NCBI GenBank assembly: GCA_946965045.2
Contig: OX337240.1
Location: forward strand, 2,604,001 to 2,668,000
Source of the DNA: Epithemia pelagica
Taxonomy: Eukaryota; Protista; Bacillariophyta
Length of the DNA stretch: 64,000 bases
Direction of reading: 5' to 3'
A program made the translations under genes and the position numbers. Shown here piece after piece: positions 12,115 through 22,569 of this stretch. Below the pieces are notes generated by a model, which saw only the letters and a program-made list of their open reading frames with translations, ran no database searches and had not been told where the DNA came from. Within the stretch, counting starts at the first letter, position 1; each line of letters opens with the position of its first letter.

Positions 12115-12786
12115 TTAGGCATCGCCATCAGTGGGAGCAGGTCGGAAACCCACATACTGTTCATCCGTGTTTTCATTTGGAAAGTTTTCACGGACGAAAT
12201 CTACCAAACAATCCGGCAGTGGAACTCGGTTGCCACGTCCAAGGGGACCGTGAAGCTTATTCGACAAGCGTCGATATAGCTGGTATCGAATTGAACGGTT
12301 CGACTCACCTTTGTTTCTGAGATGCATGGCGATTTCATGAATGTAGCTAAGGTGTTCGACAACAACGCAAGGGTTTTGCTGGCAGATAGAGCACACGTTT
12401 TCCCAGTACATGTATCCATGCGATTTCGTGCGCGGCATGTTGTTGTTTAGCTTGTAGAGAATCTTCTCGATGCTTTCGGGGCAAGCATATTCAATGGGAA
12501 TGTACCTTGTTTCGGTAGCTTCAGAAGTCTCGTCGATGACTATTCCCTGTTCCCCAGTTACCAACACTTGCGATTTCTTGAGGGTAAAGGGAACCATCAC
12601 GCCACTGCGTGGTACACTGTTGTCGTCGAGGGTCGACTCTACGATTTCGACGGAATCAATGAGATCTGCGAAACAAGGTGAGGTGAGAATGAAGAAAAAG
12701 GACTTCATTGACTGAATTCTTGAAAGAAAAGAACTCACCGTCCATGATCTTCTGATAGGAGGTTGTAGATTGATCGTAGCCTTCAA
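12115..12786 (-). CDS. KolX / P2X7-cytoplasmic-ballast-like accessory protein, convergent with the piggyBac transposase (true start may be Met at 12438)
   Basis: CSICQQNPC ... RYQLYRRLSNKLHGPLGRGNRVPLPDCLVDFVRENFP ... YVGF matches the HGxLGxGNRxxxPxCxxxxxRxxFP...YxGF signature. Confidence 0.7.
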   Translation of the reverse strand: MKATINLQPPIRRSWTVSSFLSRIQSMKSFFFILTSPCFADLIDSVEIVESTLDDNSVPRSGVMVPFTLKKSQVLVTGEQGIVIDETSEATETRYIPIEYACPESIEKILYKLNNNMPRTKSHGYMYWENVCSICQQNPCVVVEHLSYIHEIAMHLRNKGESNRSIRYQLYRRLSNKLHGPLGRGNRVPLPDCLVDFVRENFPNENTDEQYVGFRPAPTDGDA

Positions 12787-12871
12787 TGAATGAGGGATGA
12801 ATGAGGGGAAAAAAAGATACTGTGGTCATTGCTTAACACGGTTCTGTTAGTGTTTTAAGGAGGGAGACAAC

Positions 12872-12933
12872 TAAGCGAGTAGCACGTTGTCTCCCATAAA
12901 CTTTATGGGAGACAACTATATGCTACTCGCATA
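12872..12933. repeat. Imperfect subterminal hairpin at the piggyBac right end
   Basis: GCGAGTAGCA..GTTGTCTCCCATAAA-C-TTTATGGGAGACAAC..TGCTACTCGC; shares TAAGCGAGTAGC and TGTCTCCCATA with the left hairpin. Confidence 0.85.
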
Positions 12934-13239
12934 AGCTTAACACCCGTTCTTTACGAATGGCGTTAAGTAAAATTCACATAGCAAAAGAACGCTGAGCGAA
13001 CATGCTTGCAAAATGCCCAATCTGCAAACTCTTTCCACAAAACACAAATACCACATCTCTATGCCAGCTGAAGCTTGAACGAGAAGGCCAAAAAGTTCAT
13101 AGTTTTGGAATGAGACTGGCAATGGGGTGCAATGTTCTCTTTATTGAGCCGTGCATCCTATCCAACGCATCTTGAGGTCGATCACACGAGGGAAATGTAT
13201 CAATCTTGGCTTGGTTTTTGTTGACAATAATACTTTGTC

Positions 13240-13473
13240 TGTTGGAAGATGCCCGTTGCCGCCTGGCGCATTCGGAACCAGGGGGGACATCTCCCGTGCG
13301 TATGGGGTTCCCCCATGACCCACGTCACCACTTGACACTATTCACTGACGACCCTCATTCGTCAGCACCATTTGCACCCATAGCGTAACATGACCATACC
13401 TATAATTTACTCAATCCCCTTTTACGAAACTAGTTGGCCCTTTTAATCAGCAGTGACCATGGTTAAAACAACA
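13240..13473 (+). repeat. 5' LTR, Copia A1
   Basis: Direct repeat of 19291-19524 with TG...CA ends. Confidence 0.95.
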
Positions 13474-13523
13474 CGCTTCCTCTGCACGATAACTGTGACC
13501 TTTCATAAGAAAAACTCACCGAT

Positions 13524-14957
13524 TTGTGCCGTGAACTACTTTCAACAGGAGAACAAGTGAACATGGGAGACGCAGCAGGAGCAGATGCTCAAGCACTCGT
13601 ACAGGCCCTGAACAATGCGTCCGCTGCAATCCAGAACGCAATAGCACAAGCAGCTGCCGGACCAGGAGCACCAGCTGCAGGACCGTTCCTACATTCTCCC
13701 TTGCGATCAGGGATTGCAAACACCCTGGATTTTGGCACGAAAGAAGGCAGGAAGTACTACGAGCAGGCAACGAAATCCTTATTCTCCACCGACAAGAAGT
13801 TTGATGTAGAGCCAGGCAGGTTCCAACTATTCGTAAACTTGCTCCATACGCGGGCTCGCGACCTCGGAATGCTCGAGAACGGAGCCAACTGCATGGTGAC
13901 AGTTCCAGCACCTCCAGGAGGAGTCGCACCGCCAGCTGTCAACATGATCACGGATTATGGACGCTTGACGTTGGAAGAAATCAAGGCCTACGAAACGACA
14001 TTCATTGGACAGAACAACAGGAACTCGCAGAACTCCAAGATGCTTCATGACTTAATCATGAACTCACTCTCACCAACCGGCATTCAACGTATCCAAATTT
14101 GGACGAATGATACCAAGGTGAATGGGGAAGATGCAGGAGGATGCCTCTTCAAGGTCGTGATTCGCGAGAGTTACCTGGACTCTAACGCGACTGTCACTAC
14201 GTTGCGACTGAACCTAACAAACCTCGATCGTTACATCGAGACGAACGGGTCCGATATCGTCGCATTCAACGCCTACGTGCAGAGCCAAGTTGATGGATTG
14301 GCATCCAGAGGACACACGTCACTAGACCTAATCGTTAACTTGTTTAAAGGCTACAAAGCCGTCAAGGACGACTGTTTTCAGGATTATATCCAAAAGATTG
14401 AAGACGGGCACGAAGACGGATCCAATGTCATCACGAACGCAAACGAATTGATGGTCCGCGCCGTCAACTTCTACAATAAGCAAGTGACGCGCGACGAATG
14501 GGAACAGCCAACCCAGCACCAAAAGGAAGTCCTGGCACTCCAGGCAGAGGTGCTCCACCTCAAAAAGCAGTCCAGCAAGAACAACACGGACAAGGCAAAA
14601 GGAAAGGATGGAGCCCACAAGAAAGGCACCAAAGCAAAACCTGAAAACACGAAGCAGAAGCCGGAACGCCCAGGATGGCTCAAAGACCACACCAAACCAA
14701 AGCCAGAGAGCGTAGCCAAGTACCGCACCTGGAACGGCACCAAGTGGTATTGGTGTGATGAGGCAACTGGAGGCAAGTGTGGTGGCAAGCGGAGGACCCA
14801 CAAGCCTGCGGATTGCAAGGGATACGCCAAACCAGCACCGAAGACGGACGGAAAAGAAAAAGACGACGAGAAGAAAAAGAAAGAAGCTCTGAAGATGGCC
14901 GTCGCGCACGAGACACTGGTCGAGAGCATGGAAGAGGAGGATTCGGATTACGAATGA
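13524..14957 (+). CDS. gag: Gag, Copia A1
   Basis: 477-aa ORF directly after LTR/PBS; variant zinc knuckle WYWCDEATGGKCGGKRRTHKPADC; highly similar to 51716-53155. Confidence 0.85.
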   Translation: MCRELLSTGEQVNMGDAAGADAQALVQALNNASAAIQNAIAQAAAGPGAPAAGPFLHSPLRSGIANTLDFGTKEGRKYYEQATKSLFSTDKKFDVEPGRFQLFVNLLHTRARDLGMLENGANCMVTVPAPPGGVAPPAVNMITDYGRLTLEEIKAYETTFIGQNNRNSQNSKMLHDLIMNSLSPTGIQRIQIWTNDTKVNGEDAGGCLFKVVIRESYLDSNATVTTLRLNLTNLDRYIETNGSDIVAFNAYVQSQVDGLASRGHTSLDLIVNLFKGYKAVKDDCFQDYIQKIEDGHEDGSNVITNANELMVRAVNFYNKQVTRDEWEQPTQHQKEVLALQAEVLHLKKQSSKNNTDKAKGKDGAHKKGTKAKPENTKQKPERPGWLKDHTKPKPESVAKYRTWNGTKWYWCDEATGGKCGGKRRTHKPADCKGYAKPAPKTDGKEKDDEKKKKEALKMAVAHETLVESMEEEDSDYE

Positions 14958-15005
14958 CTCCTATGGAGAGGGTGGAAAACAGTAACAACGTTAGTAACTC
15001 TGATC

Positions 15006-18000
15006 TTGTACATGTACACCACTCTCTCCCTCGAAGAAATAATCACTTACCTGTGTTTATGGACCCTTGTCCAGTTCCTCCAACGAATGACAACCATGAT
15101 AGAAGCGGCGACAAAGCTCATCATAGTCGTCCTCCACCAGGAGGAGGAACACAAGTCGATGACGAACGAGAAGGATTGGATGCACCAAGTCATCACGACA
15201 ACCAATGAGGCAGTCGAAAGCATGGCAAACTGGGCAGACACGAAACTCCTGGACAAGAAACAGAGGAAGAAAGTGAGACCATGGCGACTGAGAAGGGCGC
15301 GAAAGATGGTATGCAGTGCTGCAATCATGGCCATGGCAGCCAGATGCGCCGCGGCAACCAATTGTCACCCATTCGACTCGGACTCAACGATGATTGGCAT
15401 CGACAACAGGTGTTGGGGTTGCATCACCCACGTTCGAAGCGACATACCTGGAACCTTGAAACAGTGCAACAAGGCAATCAAAGGTTTCGGAGGTGCAAAA
15501 GCTTATGAAGTGTGGACGGGCACCATTCATTGGGACTGGGAGGACGACCAAGGGAAGATCCACACGATGGTAATTCCCAACTCGTACTATGTCCCAGAAG
15601 GTAAAGTCCGACTACTGAGCCCGCAACACTGGGCGCAGACTCGGAAAAACAGTGAAAAGCGCGGAGGGGCGGGCGAAATGACCACAGGTACAGAAGTAGT
15701 ACTATTCTGGAACGACCGTCAGTCACGAAGGACGATCCCAATAGATACACACGGCAATAATGTGGCTACGTTCCATCTCGCGAGCGGGTACAAGCAGTAC
15801 CACAACTACTGTAAGGAATGTGGGACTGAGCACGATCACTCCTACGACAAAGATCCACTGCTCCAACACCAAGCCATGCCATCGACGGTAATGTCCAACG
15901 ACGAGGAAGGCGACGATGAAACGTTCTCCACCGTCCAAGCACCGCAATGGCATCATCGAGCCATGCCGAAATAAACCAATGCCGCAGCAAACGACGCAGC
16001 AACCCAACAAACGGTCGATGCAGAACCACGCAAGTTCGACTTCGACCTTAATGGGAAAGCGACCGAGGATGAAGATCCACCTCCACCAGACATCATCCCA
16101 CACGAGGAAGAGGACCGTCCAACGGCGGAGGCGGAGTTGCTCAGGTACCACTACGACTTTGGGCACCTGCCATTCGCCAAACTACAACAAATGGCAAAGG
16201 ACGGAATACTGCCGAAACAACTGGCGAAGTGTCACGTCCCAGTGTGCTCGGCATGCAATTTCGCCAAAGCAACGAAGCGAGCATGGCGCACAAGGTCGTC
16301 GAAAGACTGGTCGAACAAGGCACCTCCAAGCAAACCAGGCATGGTTGTGTCGGTTGACCAGTTGGTATCACCCACTCCAGGACTCGTGGCACAGATGACA
16401 GGGTTCATCACGAAACAGCGCTACAACTACGCTACCGTGTATGTGGACCAAGCGACATCACTGGGTTTTGTTTTCCTACAAAAGACTTCAACCGTGAAGA
16501 AACACTGCAAGGCAAGCGAGCTTTTAAGCGCTATGCCATCAACAGAGGAGTGACAGTGCGTGCCTACCACGCCGATAACGGTATCTTCAAGGCGCACGGG
16601 TGGGTGAAGGCATGTCACGACCAAGGACAAGACCTCACGTTCGCAGCTGTTGGCGCCCACCATTCCAATGGAAAGGTGGAGCGTAGAATAAGGGAATTGC
16701 AAGGGATGGCGCGCACAATGCTTCTGCACGCGAACAAGCGATGGCCACAGGCAATCACTGCCAACTTGTGGCCTTATGCCGTACGCCACGCAAACGACTG
16801 CATCAACGCGTCCCCAAATATGCAACACAAAACGAAGCAATTGCTAATCCAACTGTTCTCCCAGACAGCCATTAACACGAACAAAAAGCACTGGAGGCCC
16901 TTTGGATGCCCAGTATACGTGCTGGATGAACGATTGCAAGGGAACAAACCACACAATAAGTGGGAGAATCGCGCCAGGGTGGGAATTTACTTGGGCCAGT
17001 CACCAATTCACAACAGGAACGTAGCACTGGTACTCAACCGACACACTGGACACGTGAGTCCGCAATTCCACGTACGATTCGACCGCAGTTTCCACACCCT
17101 CCAACAGGAGCAACTGACGGCAACGTCGCAAGTCAGCACATTCTTCGCTGATGCCAAGCGAACCGGACAACCGCAGATGGGCCAGAAAGGAAAACGACGG
17201 AGGAGGCACAAGGGGCAAGAGGGAGCCCCACAACACACTCCAACTGGCACCCCACCGGAAGACTGGCAACAACAACTGCCAAACAACACATGGCCGGATG
17301 AAGCACCCAACCAAAGTCCAACCACAGGTCCACCAGGTGGGACGCCACCACAAGCAACACAGACTGGACGAACCATGGAACGAACGCCTCCAGTGGACTC
17401 AGAGGGAGCACACGGCCAGAGGGAGCGGCAACCCCCGCAAACAACAACAACCAACCAAATGCGGACGAGATCGGGACGAATGCGAAAACCGACGCAACGC
17501 CTCATCGAAGTAATGTCCACAGAGGTAGAGGATGACACGACAATACCGGGGGAACTGTTTGCACTCTCCACCCTCACGCCGCAAGACGATATGGAGGGGG
17601 AGGACCCACTCCTAGCATACAAAGCAGCAATCTCCGACCCGGATACAATGTATCACCACGAGGCTATGAAGGAGCCGGACAGGGCGGAGTTTATAAAGGG
17701 CATGCAGAAAGAAATGGAGCGACAGATGGAAGATGGAAATCTATCCATCGTGCGCCGCGATTCAGTCCCAGCAGGCCAACGCATCTTCAAGGCGGTATGG
17801 CAAATGCGTAGAAAAAGGGACATCATGACACGCGAGATCAAAACGCACAAGGCGAGGCTCAACTTCGATGGGTCCAAGATGGAAAAGGGCATAGACTACG
17901 ACCAGACATATGCCCCAGTTGCGTCGTGGGCATCCATCAGACTGGTCCTAGCCCTGGTATCAGCATTCAATTGGCACACACAACAAATTGACTACGTCCT

Positions 18001-19249
18001 AGCGTACCCCCAGGCACCGGTCGAAAGGGAAGTCTATATGGAAATCCCAGTGGGGTACGATCTGGACGAAGGAAAGTCCAAAAGAGATTATGTCCTAAGG
18101 CTCCACGCCAACCTCTACGGGCAAAAACAAGCCGGTAGGGTGTGGTACCAACACCTGTCAAGGCGTTTGGTAGAGCAAGTGGGGTTCACAAAATCATCTG
18201 TGGACGAATGTGTGTTCTACAGGGGCAACGTGATCTACGTCCTCTACACTGACGATAGTATCATTGTGGGTCCGGATCAGGCAGAGATTGACAAAGCAAT
18301 CAACGATATCCGAGCAGCAAAGCTCAATATCACAGTGGAAGGAGATATCAAGAATTTCCTGGGTGTGAACATCAGCAAAAGCGACAATGGGGAAATAACA
18401 TTCTCCCAACCGCACCTGATCGACAAGGTGCTGAAAGGATTGCGTCTGGGATCCAACACAGTCCCAAAGGACACACCAGCAGCACCGTCCAAAATACTCC
18501 ATCGCCATCTGGAGAAGCCTATCTTCGACAACAGTTTCAATTATAGATCCATCGTCGGGATGTTGAATTACATCGAAGCAGGGTAAAGGAGTGACATAGC
18601 ATACGCCACACACCAACGCGCACGCTTTGCCTCCAACCCTCGGAAACCACATGGAGACGCAGTCCGATGGATTGGACGGTACTTACACGCAACACGAGAC
18701 AAAGGTATGATGTTCTGTCCAGACAAGGAGGCAGGCTTGGAAATATGGGTGGACGCTGACTTTGCTGGCAACTGGAAGCGCGAGGACGCAACGACAGACC
18801 GTGACACGGCAAGGTCGCGACACGGGTACATAATCCGCTATATGGGATGTCCAGTTATCTGGAAATCACAAATTCAAACGGAGATCGCCCTCAGTTCGAC
18901 GGAAAGTGAGTACACTGGGCTGTCGTACGCGCTCCGAGCAGCTATACCGATAATGCGCTTGTTGGAAGAGATGCAACAACAAGGCATCCAAATACAACAA
19001 ACACAAGCGGAGGTCCACTGTAAAGTGTTCGAGGACAACAGTGGGGCGCTCGAGATGGCCAAGGTCTACAAGTTTCGCCCCAGAACCGAACACTTAAACG
19101 TCAAGCTCCATCACTTCCGCACATACGTGGAGGACGGCAGCGTGACGATTCACAAAGTGGCAACTGAGGACCAGCTCGCCGACTATCTCACCAAACCATT
19201 GCCGCAAGATACATTGGAGCGATTGCGCAAACGAGTACTCGGGTGGTAA
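15006..19249 (+). pseudogene. pol: Pol, Copia A1, with two nonsense codons (15972, 18584) and a 1-nt deletion near 16496
   Basis: IGIDNRC protease, HYDFGH..CSAC, SVDQ/ADNG/KVERR integrase, YTDD RT, DADFAG/STESEY/LADYLTKPL RNase H; lesions inferred by comparison with the intact copy 47429-51667. Confidence 0.92.
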
Positions 19250-19290
19250 CGAGTGTCACAAATGGGTGTAAATTGAAAAGTGAGAGGGAG

Positions 19291-19524
19291 TGTTGGAAGA
19301 TCGCCGCTGCCGCCTGGCGCATTCGGAACCAGGGGGGACATCTCCCGTGCGTATGGGGTTCCCCCATGACCCACGTCACCACTTGACACTATTCACTGAC
19401 GACCCTCATTCGTCAGCACCATTTGCACCCATAGCGTAACATGACCATACCTATAATTTACTCAATCCCCTTTTACGAAACTAGTTGGCCCTTTTAATCG
19501 GCAGTGACCACGGTTAAAACAACA
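19291..19524 (+). repeat. 3' LTR, Copia A1
   Basis: Direct repeat of 13240-13473, preceded by a polypurine tract. Confidence 0.95.
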
Positions 19525-19803
19525 TTTGTCAGTGCCATGACTTACCACAAAAACTCCTAGAGGATGGAAGTACTCCTTCCAATCTAAACAGAGTAGAATA
19601 ACAGTGAATTTACTAGATATCGTGATGACGAGACAGAAGCGTTTCCATCGGTCAGAATGTGGTGCTGTGGATACGTCAGTCGGAATACAACTACTAGACA
19701 CGTGAGATTCGAAATGGATGGAAGTGCAAACGATGGTCTGATTTCGCAATAGCCTTGGGATTGGGGCATTTTAACGATGTGAATGTGGTTGCTGGGCAGT
19801 CGA

Positions 19804-20919
19804 TTAGAGGGTGCTGCCATAAATGGCTTGTTCGGCCCACAATGGCAATACAAAAGAGGCCGTTTGGAGGCCCGGATGATAGTACTTGGTGGAAATAGAT
19901 CGGAACCGTTCGTAGGTGGCTTGCGTGGTGGATCGTGATTGTTCGATGGGACTCTTGTCACATAGTAAAAATCCTATTTGTCCCGTCGGATAAGAGGCAA
20001 TGGACACAGAACCATAACGACATTGAGAAAAGCCAGTGTCCATGGCCGATTTCCTCCAAGCAGCAACTCCTTCCAGATCTGAAGGAATTTGCAACATTTC
20101 GGCTTGAAAGACAAAGGTTCCATTGTCAGGCTCCAACAAACTGTAGACATGCTGCAAGTGCTGTTGCGTATACAACACACTACTGGGAAGTGCCTGTTTG
20201 CGCACATGTCCCTCTTCTTCTTCGGTGGTCGTCCAGGGGTCGGAGGAATCTTGAATAATGACATCGTACGTGACATTTCCCAAGGCAGCTTGTTGTCGAC
20301 AATAGGCCGCACCATCAGTAATGTGCAATCGGACTCGAGGGTCATCCCACTTGTTCCATTGCGGAAAATACTGTTTGCAAACACCAATCACATGACCATC
20401 CAAATCCACATGATCTACGTGTTCCACTGAAGAGTGCTTGAGGACTTCTGACACAACATGGCCATCTCCACCACCAATCACCAAGACTCGACGAGGATGC
20501 GCATGTTGAAACAGAGCGACATGAGCCATCATTTCATTGTAGGCTGCCGCATCGCCTTCAGCCAATTGCAAGACACCGTCCAATACCAGAATGCGACCAT
20601 AATATGGCTTGGCCGATTCATAAACTTGAATTCGTTGATAGCGAGAGGTAGTATCGACCAACTTGTGCGAGACCTGAATTGATTGGGAAAACCCAGTCTC
20701 TTCGATCCCTTCACCCACGGATTGGATTGATGGGACGCTGGAGGTCGCAGCAGATGTTCCCACAATGGAGGGAAAAGAGCATCTGCATGATACCAAGGCG
20801 AGAACGAGCATGGCAAAATGGATGGTAGACACGGGGGATTGTCCTTTGGGTTGCGAGGAAATCAGGAGGAGCGATTGGTCTCGCTTGACAAGATCAGGCA
20901 TGCGTTTGGACCTACTCAT
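19804..20919 (-). CDS. Spermidine synthase-family aminopropyltransferase, copy 2 (371 aa)
   Basis: Same GGGDG/DSSDP motifs; catalytic core nearly identical to copy 1, N-terminus diverged. Confidence 0.93.
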   Translation of the reverse strand: MSRSKRMPDLVKRDQSLLLISSQPKGQSPVSTIHFAMLVLALVSCRCSFPSIVGTSAATSSVPSIQSVGEGIEETGFSQSIQVSHKLVDTTSRYQRIQVYESAKPYYGRILVLDGVLQLAEGDAAAYNEMMAHVALFQHAHPRRVLVIGGGDGHVVSEVLKHSSVEHVDHVDLDGHVIGVCKQYFPQWNKWDDPRVRLHITDGAAYCRQQAALGNVTYDVIIQDSSDPWTTTEEEEGHVRKQALPSSVLYTQQHLQHVYSLLEPDNGTFVFQAEMLQIPSDLEGVAAWRKSAMDTGFSQCRYGSVSIASYPTGQIGFLLCDKSPIEQSRSTTQATYERFRSISTKYYHPGLQTASFVLPLWAEQAIYGSTL

Positions 20920-21399
20920 TTTGGATGAATATTAAAATTTTTGACAAGAGGAAAGACATCAACAATGGCAAGGAGACACTTTTCATGGACGCAGTGAATG
21001 AGATATGAAATGGAACTGAAAGAGATCTACCGCATGGCGAACCGAAGTGCCTATTCGACAATGTCTCCAACCTCCAACTGTCCCAGAGCAAGAGCAATCT
21101 TTACTTGTTGTCGACATACTTGTGGGAGTATTAATTTTTTTGTCATCCGACACGTGGGCCATCGTCCCTTTCTAATGTGGCACGAGCCTCCAGTCCTCAC
21201 AGTCCCGGGAAGCTGCGCTCTTATCGCAGATTTTGTAGAGTCCTTAGTAATCAAGCACGTGCTTGAATGAGATAGGCAATCGCCCTTTCCTAATTGAGCA
21301 CGAGCTTAGTCTTGATAGTTCTTAATGAAGCCCCCCACCATTTTTCATTTCAGGGTCACATGGACAAACACGCAGGGCGACCCCTTCCAAAACTCTATC

Positions 21400-22550
21400 A
21401 AGAAAGCGCCGTACCTGGGATTGTGAAGACAAGGCTCGTGCCACTACTAGGAAGTAAGTAAGGCTTATGCCACCACGTGCCGATCAAGAATCAAGAAGAC
21501 TACATCATCATACATCATACGCTTTGTGGTTGTAGACAAGCGCCATGCTCTTTCACTTCCTGAAGTATGGGAGGGACGCATGACGCATGGTCGCAACTCG
21601 CAACAGGCGTTCGGAAATGTAACTTTCTTGTCAAGCGCTGTGGCCCTCATGCGAACTCAATCAATGGACACGAGAATACATTCCGGTTCGATCTTAGCGT
21701 CTGCTCAAGCGAACACAAAAAAGCCTTCTCTCCCGATGCCAATGTCAAGGATATGATGGTTCGCGTTGGAGTATCGAGTTCGCGTTGGAGTATCGAGTGT
21801 CATGCTTCTGGAACCAGTTCTTGTTCTCCTTCTCGCCTCAAGAACGAGTTCCCTTTCAGCACGGGTTTCTGATGCCGCTACTTGGGCTTTTGGGATTGGG
21901 GAAGGGAGTACAATGCGGCAAACCCAACTGTTTCTATAATTCTTCAACAACCAGTTGTTCAACGGCCGATAATAGAGACCCGGAATCATGCCACAAGAAT
22001 GCATCCGATGGATGATAAGCGTCAAGGGGACAACAGAGGAGAGATTACAAAGTACAACCACGGAGCGCATATAGTATTTGATTCACCACGTGTCGGTGGA
22101 TCAAAGACTCCATGCGCTCGGTGGTTGCACTAGGTAGCTGAATATTCTTGCACTGGGAACCTCTAGGTACTTATATCGGAGGTGGATGTAGGCCTCATGG
22201 GAACTCAATGGATACGAGGATACATTCCAGTTTGATATTACTGTCTGGGACGTTCAAGCTTTAATATAATATGCGGTATCTTCCGCTGTCAAGGATAGTG
22301 GAGTATCGAGTATTACAGGTTCATTACTTTGTTTTTTCTCGCCTCAAGAACGAGTTGCCTTTCACCACGGGTTTGTGAGATTCGCGCAGCGGCATCAAGT
22401 ATTGCTGGGCTTTGGGGAACGGAGTACATTGTCATTGTTTCTATACTTCGTCAACAACCGATAAAAGAGACCCGGGATCATGCCACAATGCATCCAGTGG
22501 ATGGTAAGCGTCAAGGGAAAATAAAGGAGATATTGTGTGGGACCACAAAA
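21400..22550 (+). repeat. Degenerate internally duplicated non-coding repeat
   Basis: TTCTCGCCTCAAGAACGAGTT near 21830 and 22336; AGAGACCCGG(A/G)ATCATGCCACAA near 21974 and 22467; weak similarity to the unit A/B flanks (GCTCGTGCCAC, AGACCCGGAATCA). Confidence 0.55.
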
Positions 22551-22569
22551 AATGCAGGTAGGGAACAAT

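Larger units (their letters stand above)
8230..12962 (+). mobile_element. piggyBac DNA transposon, full length (4.7 kb)
   Basis: TTAA at 8226-8229 and 12963-12966; 12-bp TIR CGCCATTCGTAA; DDD transposase inside; the paralogous empty site reads CCTCATTGAGTAAAAT near 5289-5304. Confidence 0.92.
13240..19524 (+). mobile_element. Ty1/Copia LTR retrotransposon, family A copy 1 (degenerate pol)
   Basis: 234-bp LTRs TGTTG...CAACA at 13240-13473 and 19291-19524 (5 differences); PPT 19270-19290; TTTGTC on both sides; domain order gag-PR-IN-RT-RH. Confidence 0.95.
7049..20930 (+). repeat. Segmental duplication, unit B, expanded by piggyBac and Copia insertions
   Basis: 7049-8229 matches 3674-5295 (minus the MITE); 13210-13239 and 19525 onward match 5310-6620. 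Confidence 0.8.
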
